DNA from: Folioceros fuciformis | Taxonomy: Eukaryota | Direction of reading: 5' to 3' | Assembly (NCBI GenBank): GCA_049999805.1 | Contig: JBNGIO010006371.1 | Span: 528,129 to 548,128, forward strand | DNA: 20,000 nt | In this document: piece after piece, positions 9,368 to 19,920 of the stretch | Layout: each line of letters starts with the position of its first letter | Numbering within the stretch: the first letter of the stretch is position 1 | Notes under the pieces: model-generated | Seen by the model: only the letters and a program-made list of their open reading frames with translations | The model's database searches: none | What the model was told of the DNA's origin: nothing | Translations under genes and position numbers: made by a program

Positions 9368-11248
9368 GACTTCGTCGTCTGTGGACATAAGCTGAGAAGA
9401 AAGGTAGTCAAAGCTCGGCGATGGTTGTGGAAGGTAGAGATGGTCGCAAAAGGGGCAACCGGTAGTGGAAGTAAACGGCGGTTGTGGAAACCGGAACGGT
9501 CGCTGACGAATGGAAACCCTAAGAGGAAACCCAAGTGTCCAGGGGTTATTTTCAAAGTGGAGCACAACCACAACTAAAGCGGTATCGGGGAGCAGACTTG
9601 GGCAGGCAAAGGAGCAGGCATACAGGCTGAGCGCAGTGACCAGGAAGGAAGCAGCGGATGCAGGCTCATGGCCACATCCTTATAGGCTCAAGGAACTGCG
9701 AGGCTGTGAGGCACAGGTTAGGAGGTGGTGGCGGTGCGCAGGCCAACCCTAGAGCGGCGACAAATGGCAGAAACAGAAGCCAGTAAAAACGGAAAGCGGG
9801 AGGTAGCAGGAAAACTCCTGCAAAGAGAAAGAAGGTGGGCACACATGTCATGAGGTCTAAAGCAAACCTGGCACTGTAGGAGACGGCCAAGAAAACAAAA
9901 GTTAAGCAACTGGCCGCTTCTTCCATGGAACCCAATGAAGAAGCACCAACCGCAGTGGAAAAGTCTGCTGATGTGGCTAAAAAATTAGGGCTCACCCCAG
10001 CGGTGGAACTCTTCCTTGGATGGGAAGAAATCTTTAAGGGCACCCCTTTGGTGGCGAACTTGTAGACGGAAGAGCTGGTGAGAGTGCGCACTTTGTTGGG
10101 GAAGAGGATACTGGATACAGGGATGGCTACAGGCGGAACTCCTCAACAGGTGGACTTAGCGGGCCTGATAGCAGCCATGGTCCAACCACAAGCAAACATG
10201 CTGGATTAGGCCGCACTGGCGCTTACTTGGCTGAGCATGCAGGGACAATGAGAGAAGGAGGCGCAAGCCAAGCTGGCTGAAGCGGAGGCAAGGCGGGAAT
10301 AACTAGAGGAAGCCCAACAAGCCTTGGACGTAGTGAAAGCTCAGGTACGGGAAGAATTATGCAGGGCCCGGGAAGAAGTGCAAGCCATGAAAGATCTGCA
10401 GGAATTGCTCCTAACCCAAGTTAAGGAAGTACATGATGCAAATCAAGAAATACAGTAAGAGTTGCTACTGGCACAGGAATAGGAGGTTGCCGCTGTGCAG
10501 AAGGTCCAAAAGTTTGCGGACTATCGCAAACGGGAACGGGATGAGGCCCAGGGCTGGGTTAAGGGGAAAGGGAAAGTCAAACGGAGCAACAGGTCCACGA
10601 CTGAGGTAGCGGAAGCCGCTACCGGTAGGGGAGAAACAACGCCAATAGAGGGAAGCCCTACAGTGGTCAGGGAAGCAGCGACACTCTTAGAACCGGTCAC
10701 CGAGGTTGTTGGAACACCTACCCGCGCCAGGAGGAATGGACAATAGACAGCTGCAGCCAAAGTGATAGGAGGCACCCCAACATCCTTGGTAGACAGAGAG
10801 CAGATAGTTAGGGGTAGCACACGAGAGGAGGGGGTAAGCACCTCATCTGCAGCTGAAGACTAGATTGTATTAAAGCACATAGATGAGGAGTCCTATATTC
10901 CTGGTCTCTATGTGAATGGAGACCATGTACTTAACCTTACTGCCATGTGCGTGTGGGAATAGGAGGGACCAGGGCCTACGGTCTACAAGTGAGGATTCGC
11001 AGAGGATGATTCTCCTATTGGTTCCGGGTGTGGGGGTTAACCCCTGTTATTCGGAGGCAGTTTTGGAGGAGCTCACTGAGGAAGAGGCACAGACCTGGGT
11101 GCAGCAGGAACCGATGATGATCCTTAGCAATAGGCAACTAGTGGGAGGAGAAAGGACTCCCCGGCGGACCCCATCCATGCCTAGCCAGGAGAGGTCAGAC
11201 AGTAGTGAAAGCGAGGTGGAGGTCCTATGGGTAGACTTGCCTGACTAG
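9368..11248 (+). pseudogene. Decayed intronless ORF (probably transposon-derived) with basic N-terminus and long coiled-coil
   Basis: Frame 1 from ~9660 to ~11040 reads as protein with scattered stops. It includes a heptad-rich stretch (EAQAKLAEAEARRE*LEEAQQALDVVKAQVREELCRAREEVQAMKDLQELLLTQVKEVHDANQEIQ*ELLLAQE*EVAAVQK). Frameshifts occur near both ends. TATATAA at 9317 and AATAAA at 11357 flank it. Confidence 0.55.
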
Positions 11249-11547
11249 CAAAGAGGGAGGAGAGCCCAGGGGTTTGGCAGTCAAGGAAGGAGGACACGAA
11301 GGGCGGATAGGAGGAGAGCGCGGCGTTGAAATAGGCTAGAATTTATTGCATCTTAAAATAAAGCTTAGATAAGATTTGATAAAGATGTTGTCTTGGACCT
11401 AATGCCGCCCGCAATTAAGGGCACTCTGCAGATTGACCGTTTTAGATCAGATTGTATGGCGGGCTGTGGCTCTCGCTCTGAAAAATTTTGTACAAAGAGG
11501 CCTGTTGGTGCCTCTATAAGCAGCCAATGTTGGGAGGCACTTCCCGG

Positions 11548-11910
11548 TTAAGATCCCCGCATTGCCAAGGTGGGTAGCACGTGCAAGAAGCTCCTAGGAG
11601 GGGTCGTGAGCATTGCTCCGCGGCTGGTGGTGAGGGGGACGAATCCGCAGAGCCTGCTGGCACGGGAGGTCTCTCCTCCCGTATCCCCCGAGTTACCCGT
11701 CGTGTGTGGAATTTGAGTGGGTGTGCAAGACTACCTTCGGGTTGAGATCCTTACGCTGCCAAGGAGGGTAGCGTGCGTGAGAAGCTCCTAAGAGGAGTCA
11801 AGAACACTGCTCCATGGTTAGTGGTGAGGGGGACAAATCCGCAGAACTTGCTGGCACGAGAGGTCCCTCCTCCCTTATTCCCCGAACTAGCGGCCGTGTT
11901 TCAAAATCCT
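11548..11910 (+). repeat. Two-copy direct tandem repeat, 194-bp period, upstream of LINE ORF1
   Basis: GCCAAGG at 11564 and 11758 begin matching blocks: ...GAAGCTCCTA..GTGGTGAGGGGGAC[G/A]AATCCGCAGA..TGCTGGCACG[G/A]GAGGTC..TCCTCCC... Confidence 0.9.
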
Positions 11911-12122
11911 CATTGTGAAAGTGTGTAGGCGAAGGCGAAGGGTGAAGGAGTGAGTCGACTGAGACGAGTGAGATGAGTGAGTTGCGTGAGTTGAGAAGAG
12001 AAGACGAGAAGAAGAGAAGAGTGGCCAAGCACTGTTGCTGGATTGGCACTTTAAGGACGGAGGGTCCCCACTGGAAGGCGGAGGCGGCGATGGCGCCGGG
12101 AGGGGTCTAGCTCGGTGGCTCA

Positions 12123-15100
12123 ATGGAGTCGACGAGCCTCCCATGGGGGGGCTCAACAGTCGGCACATGGGCGGGAATAGTCGGTATGTGCTCCAATAAA
12201 CAAACGGCGCAGGGGATAAACAAGGGGGAGACGGAACCTAATCCTGCTGATGCTAGCCGGAAAAATACCGTGGCAGAGAAGGACTCGCTGGTACAGTCAC
12301 ACGAGTTGGATTTTGTGCAGGCAAAGGTACAGTCGGGTCCTTCCCAAGAATATGCCTCAGGTTTGGCAAAAGAGGGTACAAGGTTACAGCTGGGTCTGGT
12401 CACCGATGTGCTTACTGAGGCGAGATTTTTTCAAAGGGAAGAAGACAAGCTTGCTGCCAGCTCGGTTGTGGGGAGGCTTCTGCTTGGTGGTCCGCCTTCT
12501 GTGAAGGAATTAGAAGATTGGGTGGCTCAGGTACGGGATGCCCCCCTGCCTATGTTTTCCTGAAAGCAAACGATTCTTTCCAGATAAAGTGTGACGAGGC
12601 TGCTAGGGCTCAGGCCCTTTTGCAAACGACGTTGTCATTCCGAGACTCTATCCCGGTGGTGGTGGAGGCCTGGTCTCCTGGGAATACAATCATGCAATCT
12701 ATAATCAAGAGACACTTTTTGTGGGTGGGGCTTCCAGCGTTGCCGATTCAACTCATCCCAATGATTAGCAAAATGCTGGAGACCATTAGCAGGGTGGTGG
12801 AGATTCCTAAGGTGGATTCTCGATTCTTCGATAGCAGCAAACCCCCTCGTTTTGGAGTGAGGGTGGACAGCCTTCACGCTCTGCCGGAAGGAGTCGTAGT
12901 TCGGGACCCGGAGGACCCGGCTAAGTGCTTTACCCAACTTTTTGATTACCCAAATCTCCCTATCAGATGCGATGTGTGTGGCCTGCAGAATCATCTTAAG
13001 CAGACCTGTCATCTTCGTGCTGGATCGGGAAGTAGGAGGGACAGGTCAGAGTAGGCGTAGTTAGGCCCCCTGCCTGGATTCAAAGGAGCCCCTACAAAGC
13101 CCCGGAAGATTAATCCTGGAACACGGCTGTGGGCAACCAAAATTCAGAAGGACTTCTTCTCGGGGAACGGTGTGGTAAACAGCGTGCAGGCTAAACTTTG
13201 TGTGCTCTTGAGGAAGAAAGTAGATACTAAGTACTTCTACTGGATGCCGAAGGGGGGAGAACTTAGAGCCTTGCCTACGCGCTCTATCCAGATCGGGAGG
13301 TTGTCGGAGGGTCTGCTGCCTATGCTTTGGAGTACAGTTAAGTTGGAAGTTAGGAGCATGTTGCAGGCAGGCTTGGGATTTGATGAGCAGGTTGTAAGAA
13401 AAATTCTACAAGAAGCACGGCATAGTATCGTGTGTCATAGGCTGGAGGATAGCACATCTGTCCTGTTTGTGAACACTCTAATTGAACTGAGTGAAGAGTG
13501 TCACATTCGGGATTTTAAGGTGTCGCAGTGGTTGGGGGAGCCTTAGTTGCTTGCTAATGTCAAGGATGCAAAGTTCGGCAAAGGCAGGGTTACCCTCGCC
13601 TCCAGAGTGGTCTTTAAAGCGCACCTTGGTTTTCTTGGGCTTTTTAATGCTCCGATTTCGATCAAACTTCCAGGCAGTTGGGAGCTCAAATGGGAAGAAG
13701 ATCTGATGGTAGAGGTGGCGGTGCCCATGGAGGAGGATCTTGATAGTGTAGTGCTTAAATGGACGAATAGGTCGTCCCCAGCCAGTGGTACCAAGGGCCT
13801 TGCAAATGATGGCAAAGTTAAAGTAGGGGAACCTTGCCAAGGTAGAAGTGCCCATCAGCTGGACCACCCCGAAACGCACCAGGGGTCTTCAGGACCCCCC
13901 AAGGATGCAAACCAGGTTGGGGCAGAAGCACGTTATGTGCCCTCAGGAGATCGAGAGAAAGGAGAGGTACTTATGGCAGATGATAAGGAGACCTTACGAG
14001 GTGGGGTGAGATGAGCTCACATACAGTCAGAGGGTCTAGGGGGTAGCGTGGCCCCGCTGGCCCAGCAAGGAGGGTTGTTTTTTTCTCTGGGAGAAGTGCA
14101 AGCCAGAGGAAAGGCGGCACAAGAAGGTGATGCTGGGGCATCCTCGGAGGGGAGAGGGCGTGTACAGAAGTTGGCCCAGGAGTGCTCCTCCACACAGTCC
14201 CTGGGAGCTAGGCTCTTCGGCTCCCGGGTGTCAGGGCCGGAAAGTTCTTCTATTTCGTCGTATATGGAGAAGGTTGGAACCGCTCCTCGGGAGCAACAAG
14301 AGTGGGACCCCAAGTATCTGGAGGGGGTGGATAGGCAGGAGGCTTCCCAAGCTGAAATCTTTGAAGGCCCAAGGGCAATCGATATTCATTCTACCCAGCA
14401 AGGTGGGATGAGGTACACAACGGCTGAGACTCATGAATTTGGAAGGGCGGCACAGGATGGGGACTTCGGGGTACCTCCAGGCGTGGGAAGATGCACAGGG
14501 ATGTTGGCTCAGGATAATTCCTTATCCCAGCCTCTTGAGACGCAGCTTGTCGGCTCCTCGGTGTCGGGGTCAGGAGCCCCTTCCTCACAGACAGAGGTGA
14601 AGGCTGGAGCAGTGCCTCGTAAGGCGATGGTGTGGGGCTCTGTGGGTGAGGAAGTGGTGGGCAGGCAAGAGGACGTACACCTCTAGCGACAGCAACAAGC
14701 TAATCAGGAGGGCTCTGGCTACGAGCCTGCCCAAGATCGAGTTGTTCGGGCTGTTCCCGAGACTGGAGGCGCTCGTGATTCGTCACGGATGAAGCACGAC
14801 GGCTCTCGACTAGAAAGTAACACACTACCAGAGCAAGAAGGCGACAAGGATCAGCAAGAACAGTGGATGTTTCTCTGGAAGGCGGGTTCTGACGCTGAGC
14901 ATCAGTGATGGAGCACTACAGAGGCAAGAGCGGTACAGGGGGGTATTAAATCTCAGCAGAACCCTGCAGGTGTATTGGGAGGTGGACTAACAGGCAGGTA
15001 GGTAGTTTTTGATTCGGGCTGTGGACGGTCATATTCCTTCAGGTTCCCTCCCTTTGCACCGGCGGAGACAGACTCAGGCCCCAACCAGCAGCATGGTTCA

Positions 15101-18026
15101 CTTCCAGCAACCATACATAGGTCAGGGACAGGGGCCAAGGAGGTAGAAGCCCTGGAGGGGTCTGGTTACGTTTTGAACGGGAACATTCTTCTCGATGCAA
15201 GGGAGAATGTTCCTGGCCTGCCGGATCACAAGACGGGCGAGTACCTGGATGAACTACTAGAGGTGCCTGTAGACAAACCTACACGAGCTCGATTCAGGCC
15301 AGAAGGGGGTTGTGAGGACAGTCCTGGCTCCCGGGAATTCAGGCAGCAGGACCTGCAGAGTGACTTCCTGCAGCAACTTTCAGAGCTGTCCTCAGAGCGG
15401 CATCAGCATGTGAGTGTGGAACCGGAAGTGTCTGTTCTGGATGAGGAGGGAGGATCCCAGCTGGATGCTGACAGTAACAAGCTGGACCCGGAAGGTTGTA
15501 TTTCTGGACAAGTTTTGCACTTGGCAACTGCAGAGTGCGGGGCAAGGGTAGCAGATGTTTCTAGAAAGTTAGAACTACTCGCGTTCCTATCCAGGTTGCA
15601 GCCTAAGTTGGCTGGTGGTGATAGTCCTATGGATTTCCCGCTAGCCGAGGGTGGCAAAGAGGTGAGGCTGCCCCATCAGGAGCATGGACAGGAAGTGCTT
15701 AGAATAAAGTTAGCTTGGGTGGAGTCGAGGGAGCAGGGCTCCACGTCGGATGACAAGAAGCGGGGTGAGCTTTTGCTTCTTCCGAGGGAGGCAGAAGACG
15801 AGTTGCAGGAGGAGTGCTTTGGACTACATGGCAAGGGCCCTCCTCAGAGCGGATCCAACAGGGAAGGAAATATTAGGATGGATTCGGCAGAGATGGTAGC
15901 GCGACAGGAGGAAGCTCACGACGACCAGACTCTCCCCAATTGTCACCAGGAGCGAAGGTATGGCAGTGGCCCTGAATCCGCAACAGGCCTGGGGACTTGC
16001 GACGCCCTCCCGGTACAGGGGAGTGGAATTGGGTTTCTAGCACAGAAGGGATCCTTGGCCCAGGATCTCGAGCATCTATGCTCCAGCACTGCGGGATCGA
16101 GTTCGAGGCTTTCATCATTCTAGATAAGGGGGGAGGCAGGCGAGGCACCTCTAGTGCCTTCGGAGAGGGTGTCCACACGGGAAGAGGAGGCGGGCGGGGG
16201 TGGAGGCATTTCAAGGAAGAAGCCCGACGCGGAGGAGTCGCAGGCTCTCAGGGATAGAGCATCCCAGGCCGGTTCTGTTGAAGGAAGGAAGGGGGCGGTG
16301 ACTGAAGAGCTTCTTGCCAAGCGCACAACAGCAGCTGCTGCTTCCTTTCTGAGGGTCGCCGTCGAGGATGATCAGGTGGTGGAAGCGTGTCGTGAACTTG
16401 CGACGTCCCCTGAGATGCAAGCCGCCTTGCATGTTGGTGACCTGGTGGATGGAGGGAAAAACAGTGCCCTTGTTGCCGGGACTGGGGTGGAGCAATGGGC
16501 ATGCATGGGAGGAGAAACAGTGGAGGTCACCGCCATTGCTACACTGCCGGGTCTCTCTCCCCAAGGGCTCAGCCCCCAGGGTGTGATGGAGATACCTCCT
16601 TCGGGGGTCAGCCAGGGGCTGGAATCCTGAGAGCTCTCAAGGGTGGTGGATGCAGATCGTTTTAGGTGTTCAGAGGAGGAATGTCCCCAGGGCTTCAGGA
16701 GAAAGGAGAGCCAAGAGGGAATCTCTCAGGGAGGGGAAGGCTTGGGGGCAAGTTACCTCCCTGAAACAGTGCTGGTGGACGATGCTGGAGTAGGGTGTAG
16801 GGAAGCTAGCAGGGAAGGGATTAACAAGCCGCCTGCCTGCAAGAGCATGGAGGAGGACGGGGCGAGGGCTGGGGTTGATTCAGCTGCTATCGCCTGGAAG
16901 GGAGATGCAACAGACGCTGCTTCTTCTCAAGGGATTTTTTTNNNNNNNNNNGTCAAGGCCAGGAAAGCATTGAGCAAAGTGGTGCAACGGATGGCCATGG
17001 ACATAATCTCCCCGGACGGGAAAAAGAGCAAAAGGGTTGAAAAGCTAAGGGGAGGAACTCGGGTGCATGGGCAGGGCTCAACTGGGGAGAAGATGGATCT
17101 CCTGTTTGGGCGTTCTGACCGCAGTTCTGGTGAGAGAGTGGATTCTAGGGAGGTTGGAAAAGATTCAATGAACCTGACAAAGTCGAGGCCTTATAGCGTT
17201 AACCCCATTATGCGTGAGAACGCTGTCTATGTTTCCGAGGACGACCTGTTCTCCACTCCTGAGGCAGATGAGGATGAGGACGGGGACCTTGTCTGGCATG
17301 AAGTCCAAGCCGTCTTTTCCAAAGATGAGGGCGGTTCCTCTCCGTTAAGTTCCTGGGAAAAGCGCCGGGATCCGGCCAGGGCGGCTTAGCACGGATGCTG
17401 CTCACCAGCGCGGGAGACTCCGGCTGTGCTTAGTGGCCATGACAGCTGGATTGAGGCAAAACTAGCCAGCGGAAAAGAAAACAATATGCTGTCAATCTCA
17501 CAGTTACGAGGAAAATCCAGGACCCTTGCTCGTACCTAGCAAAGTTAGGTGTTGATGGGGAGTTGCTCCCCATCGTCATTCCACTGCAGAAGTTGCATGC
17601 AGGGCAATATAGGATCTTTGCTGCGTTGGCATCCAGAGGAGTTCTTGCGGGTAAGGAAGGCAAGGTGGAGCGTTTCAGCGGAATATATCAAACAGGTGAC
17701 AGTTACTTTGCTGATGTCCATCTTAAACAGCCATGTGGGCCAACTTTGCTGCTTACTCCTCAATGGAGGTGGACTTTAGTTGTGCCATGGGTGAAGGTCA
17801 GGGCCTGGACTCCGAACATGGTAGCTGGAGATGCTCTCTAGAGGGGAGGGCAGATATGTTGTGCCTACTGTTCGTAAATCTGAACGGCTTCAAAGAATGT
17901 CTATTGACTATAAAGCTAATAATCAGCTACCTCGATCTCGACTCATGTCTGGAGTGTGGATGCCTAAACCTGCTGCGGTCCGGAAGCTCCCAAGCAATCC
18001 CTGATAAATGGGTCTTGACACCTTAA
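12123..18026 (+). pseudogene. LINE ORF1 (very long): DUF4283/RRM-like region, CX2CX4HX4C zinc knuckle, then ~1600 aa of extra sequence
   Basis: SSVVGRLLLGGPPSVKELEDWV, a frameshift near 12550, then VVVEAWSP..LWVGLPALPIQL..YPNLPIRCDVCGLQNHLKQTC. The ORF-track pieces starting at 12518, 13172, 13547, 14048, 15173, 16154 and 16643 are all in frame 2, separated only by isolated TAG/TGA. The probable C-terminus lies in frames 1 and 3 (17460-18026). Confidence 0.75.
14061..14690 (+). repeat. In-frame 333-nt (111-aa) tandem duplication inside LINE ORF1
   Basis: CCCAGCAAGG at 14061 and 14394. Peptides QQGG..GKAAQEGD..GR..LAQE.S..Q.L..L.GS.VSG..SS..K.G..PR...W.......RQE versus QQGG..GRAAQDGD..GR..LAQD.S..Q.L..L.GS.VSG..SS..K.G..PR...W.......RQE. 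Confidence 0.85.
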
Positions 18027-19920
18027 AAGACTATGAGAGGGGGGCTCACTTGCGAATCATTTCTTGGAATGTTCGGGGCCTAGGGGGATGGTCAAAGACG
18101 GCCTCTAAGTGTAGGAGCCTTAAGCACCTATTAGACGAGGGGGTCACTTGGGATGTTGTTTGCCTACAAGAGCACAAGCTCTCTATGGAGCATATCCAGA
18201 AAGTGAAGAAGCTCTTCTTGCCCGGCAGAACTGAATGGGTGGCAGCTAGGGCTATGAAAGCAAGCGGAGAGGACCATTCGACTCACCGAGTATCAACAAC
18301 CCGAGGAGGGGTGTCCATAACTGTTCACCCAGAGCATACTCATAATATCTTGGAGACGGGTCAAGACGAGGGTGGTAGGTTTGTGTGGCTAGTGCTGCAA
18401 ACACCTCAAGGCCCTCTCGGTATCTGCAATATTTATGCCCCTAACGGTGCCTCTGATAGGAATAGCCTCTGGTCCAGGCTGGGGGAACAATTGGATCAGC
18501 AGATCCCGTGGATGCTGGCTGGGGATTTCAACTTTGTTGAAAGGCGGGAAGATATCCGAGGGGAGAGCTCAGGAGACATTCAGTCGGTGCCCATGTCCTA
18601 GCATGAGTTGAGGGATACTATCTTGGCTGTGCAGGATCCGTGGCTGGCTCTTTCGGCGCATCGTCAGCCGCACTCCTTGAAGTTCAATTGGTCTAACCAA
18701 CAACAACAAAATTTGGGTGTGCGCAGACTGGATAGGTTCTACGTCCCGGGAGGTTGGTTGCCTCTGGTACAGTCATACAACATCCTCGTTGGTACGATCC
18801 TTTCGGACCATCATCCAATCAGCTTGCATCTGAGACTTGCCCCTACCTTAGGGCGGCAGAGGAGGCATATGCAAAATTTTCGGATGAACACGTCCTTGCT
18901 TACGGAAAAAGGAGTGTTCGAGGAGGTTAGAAGCATCTGGCAAGGGATTGAGCAGGGGGAAGAACCTGCTGTTTCCAAGTTAGTTTGCGCTAACAATGCT
19001 GCGACTAGGTACTTGCGGAAACGAGGGATCCAACGGGCAAAGGAGCTACGCCAGCAAGAATGTTTTTGGAGAGATGAACTAAGCTGGTTGCAAAGGAGTA
19101 GCGAGGAGCGGGAATTCACAATTGAGGACGAAACCCGAAAAACGGAGGTACAATGCGCCTTGACCAAACTGGAAGAAGACAGAGCGAGAGGTTGGTTTAA
19201 ACGGGCAAAGGTTAAGTGGGCAAGGGAAGGAAATGGTCCGTCTAAGTTCTTTTTTGATAAGGTGGCTGCGAATCGACACAGGTCGCGTATCCCTGCGCTC
19301 CCGGACGCGCAAGGAGTGCTGCNNNNNNNNNNNNNNNNNNNNNNNNNNNNNNNNNNNNNNNNNNNNNNNNNNNNNNNNNNNNNNNNNNNNNNNNNNNNNN
19401 NNNNNNNNNNNNNNNNNNNNNNTTCTCCAGCGTTGGGAAGGTGGCTGGGAGGGAACGACTCTGGACATCTTCCTACAGGACTTTCTCGGCTAAAGTGTTT
19501 GAAGACCAGCGCAGGGGGCTGGATAAGCCAATTACTGCTAATGAAGTTCTTCAAGCTCTAAAGGGGATGTCGAGGAATAAATCCGTGGGACATGACGGAA
19601 TCCCGCCTGTGTTTCTACTTTGGGGGTGGGAGTTTATGGAGCCTTTATTCATGGAGGCGGTGGGAATGATCTGGGAGGAAGGCAGCATGGGGAGCTGGTT
19701 TAACATGGGGGTCATCGCCTTGCTCCCTAAGCATGACGCTAGTTTATGAATCTCCAATTCGCGTCCAATCACGTTGCTTACAACTACATACAAGGTGATA
19801 GCTAAGGTTTTGGCCAATCGCATCAAGCCTTTCCTGGATGACTGAATTGAGAAAGAGCAACGGGGGTTCATCCAAAACAGATGCATCTTGGACAACCTTC
19901 TACTTTTGCGGGAAGCTAAA
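18008..19920 (+). pseudogene. LINE ORF2: apurinic-like endonuclease plus N-terminal part of reverse transcriptase, with premature stops
   Basis: APE motifs IISWNVRGL, DVVCLQEHKL, GGV, NIYAPN, WMLAGDFN, RLDRFY, SDHHPI. RT-region motifs PITANEVLQALKGM..KSVGHDGIP, LLPK, RPITLLTTTYKVIAKVLANR, QRGFIQNRCILDN. Stops at 18599, 19747 and 19843; 100-N gap at 19323-19422. Confidence 0.95.

Larger units (their letters stand above)
11930..19920 (+). mobile_element. L1-clade LINE (non-LTR retrotransposon), degenerate; 5' boundary uncertain (somewhere ~11400-12120), RT interrupted at ~19920
   Basis: Purine-rich leader (11930-12030), ORF1 with DUF4283-like region and CCHC knuckle, ORF2 with APE endonuclease and RT N-terminal motifs. 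Confidence 0.93.

Noticed and set aside
19323..19441. Apparent frameshift in ORF2 (frame 2 to frame 1)
   Set aside because: It coincides with a 100-N gap of unknown true size, so it is uninterpretable.
18008..19920. Prokaryotic RT system (retron, DGR or group II intron)
   Set aside because: APE endonuclease followed by RT and a CCHC ORF1 is diagnostic of a eukaryotic L1-type LINE.
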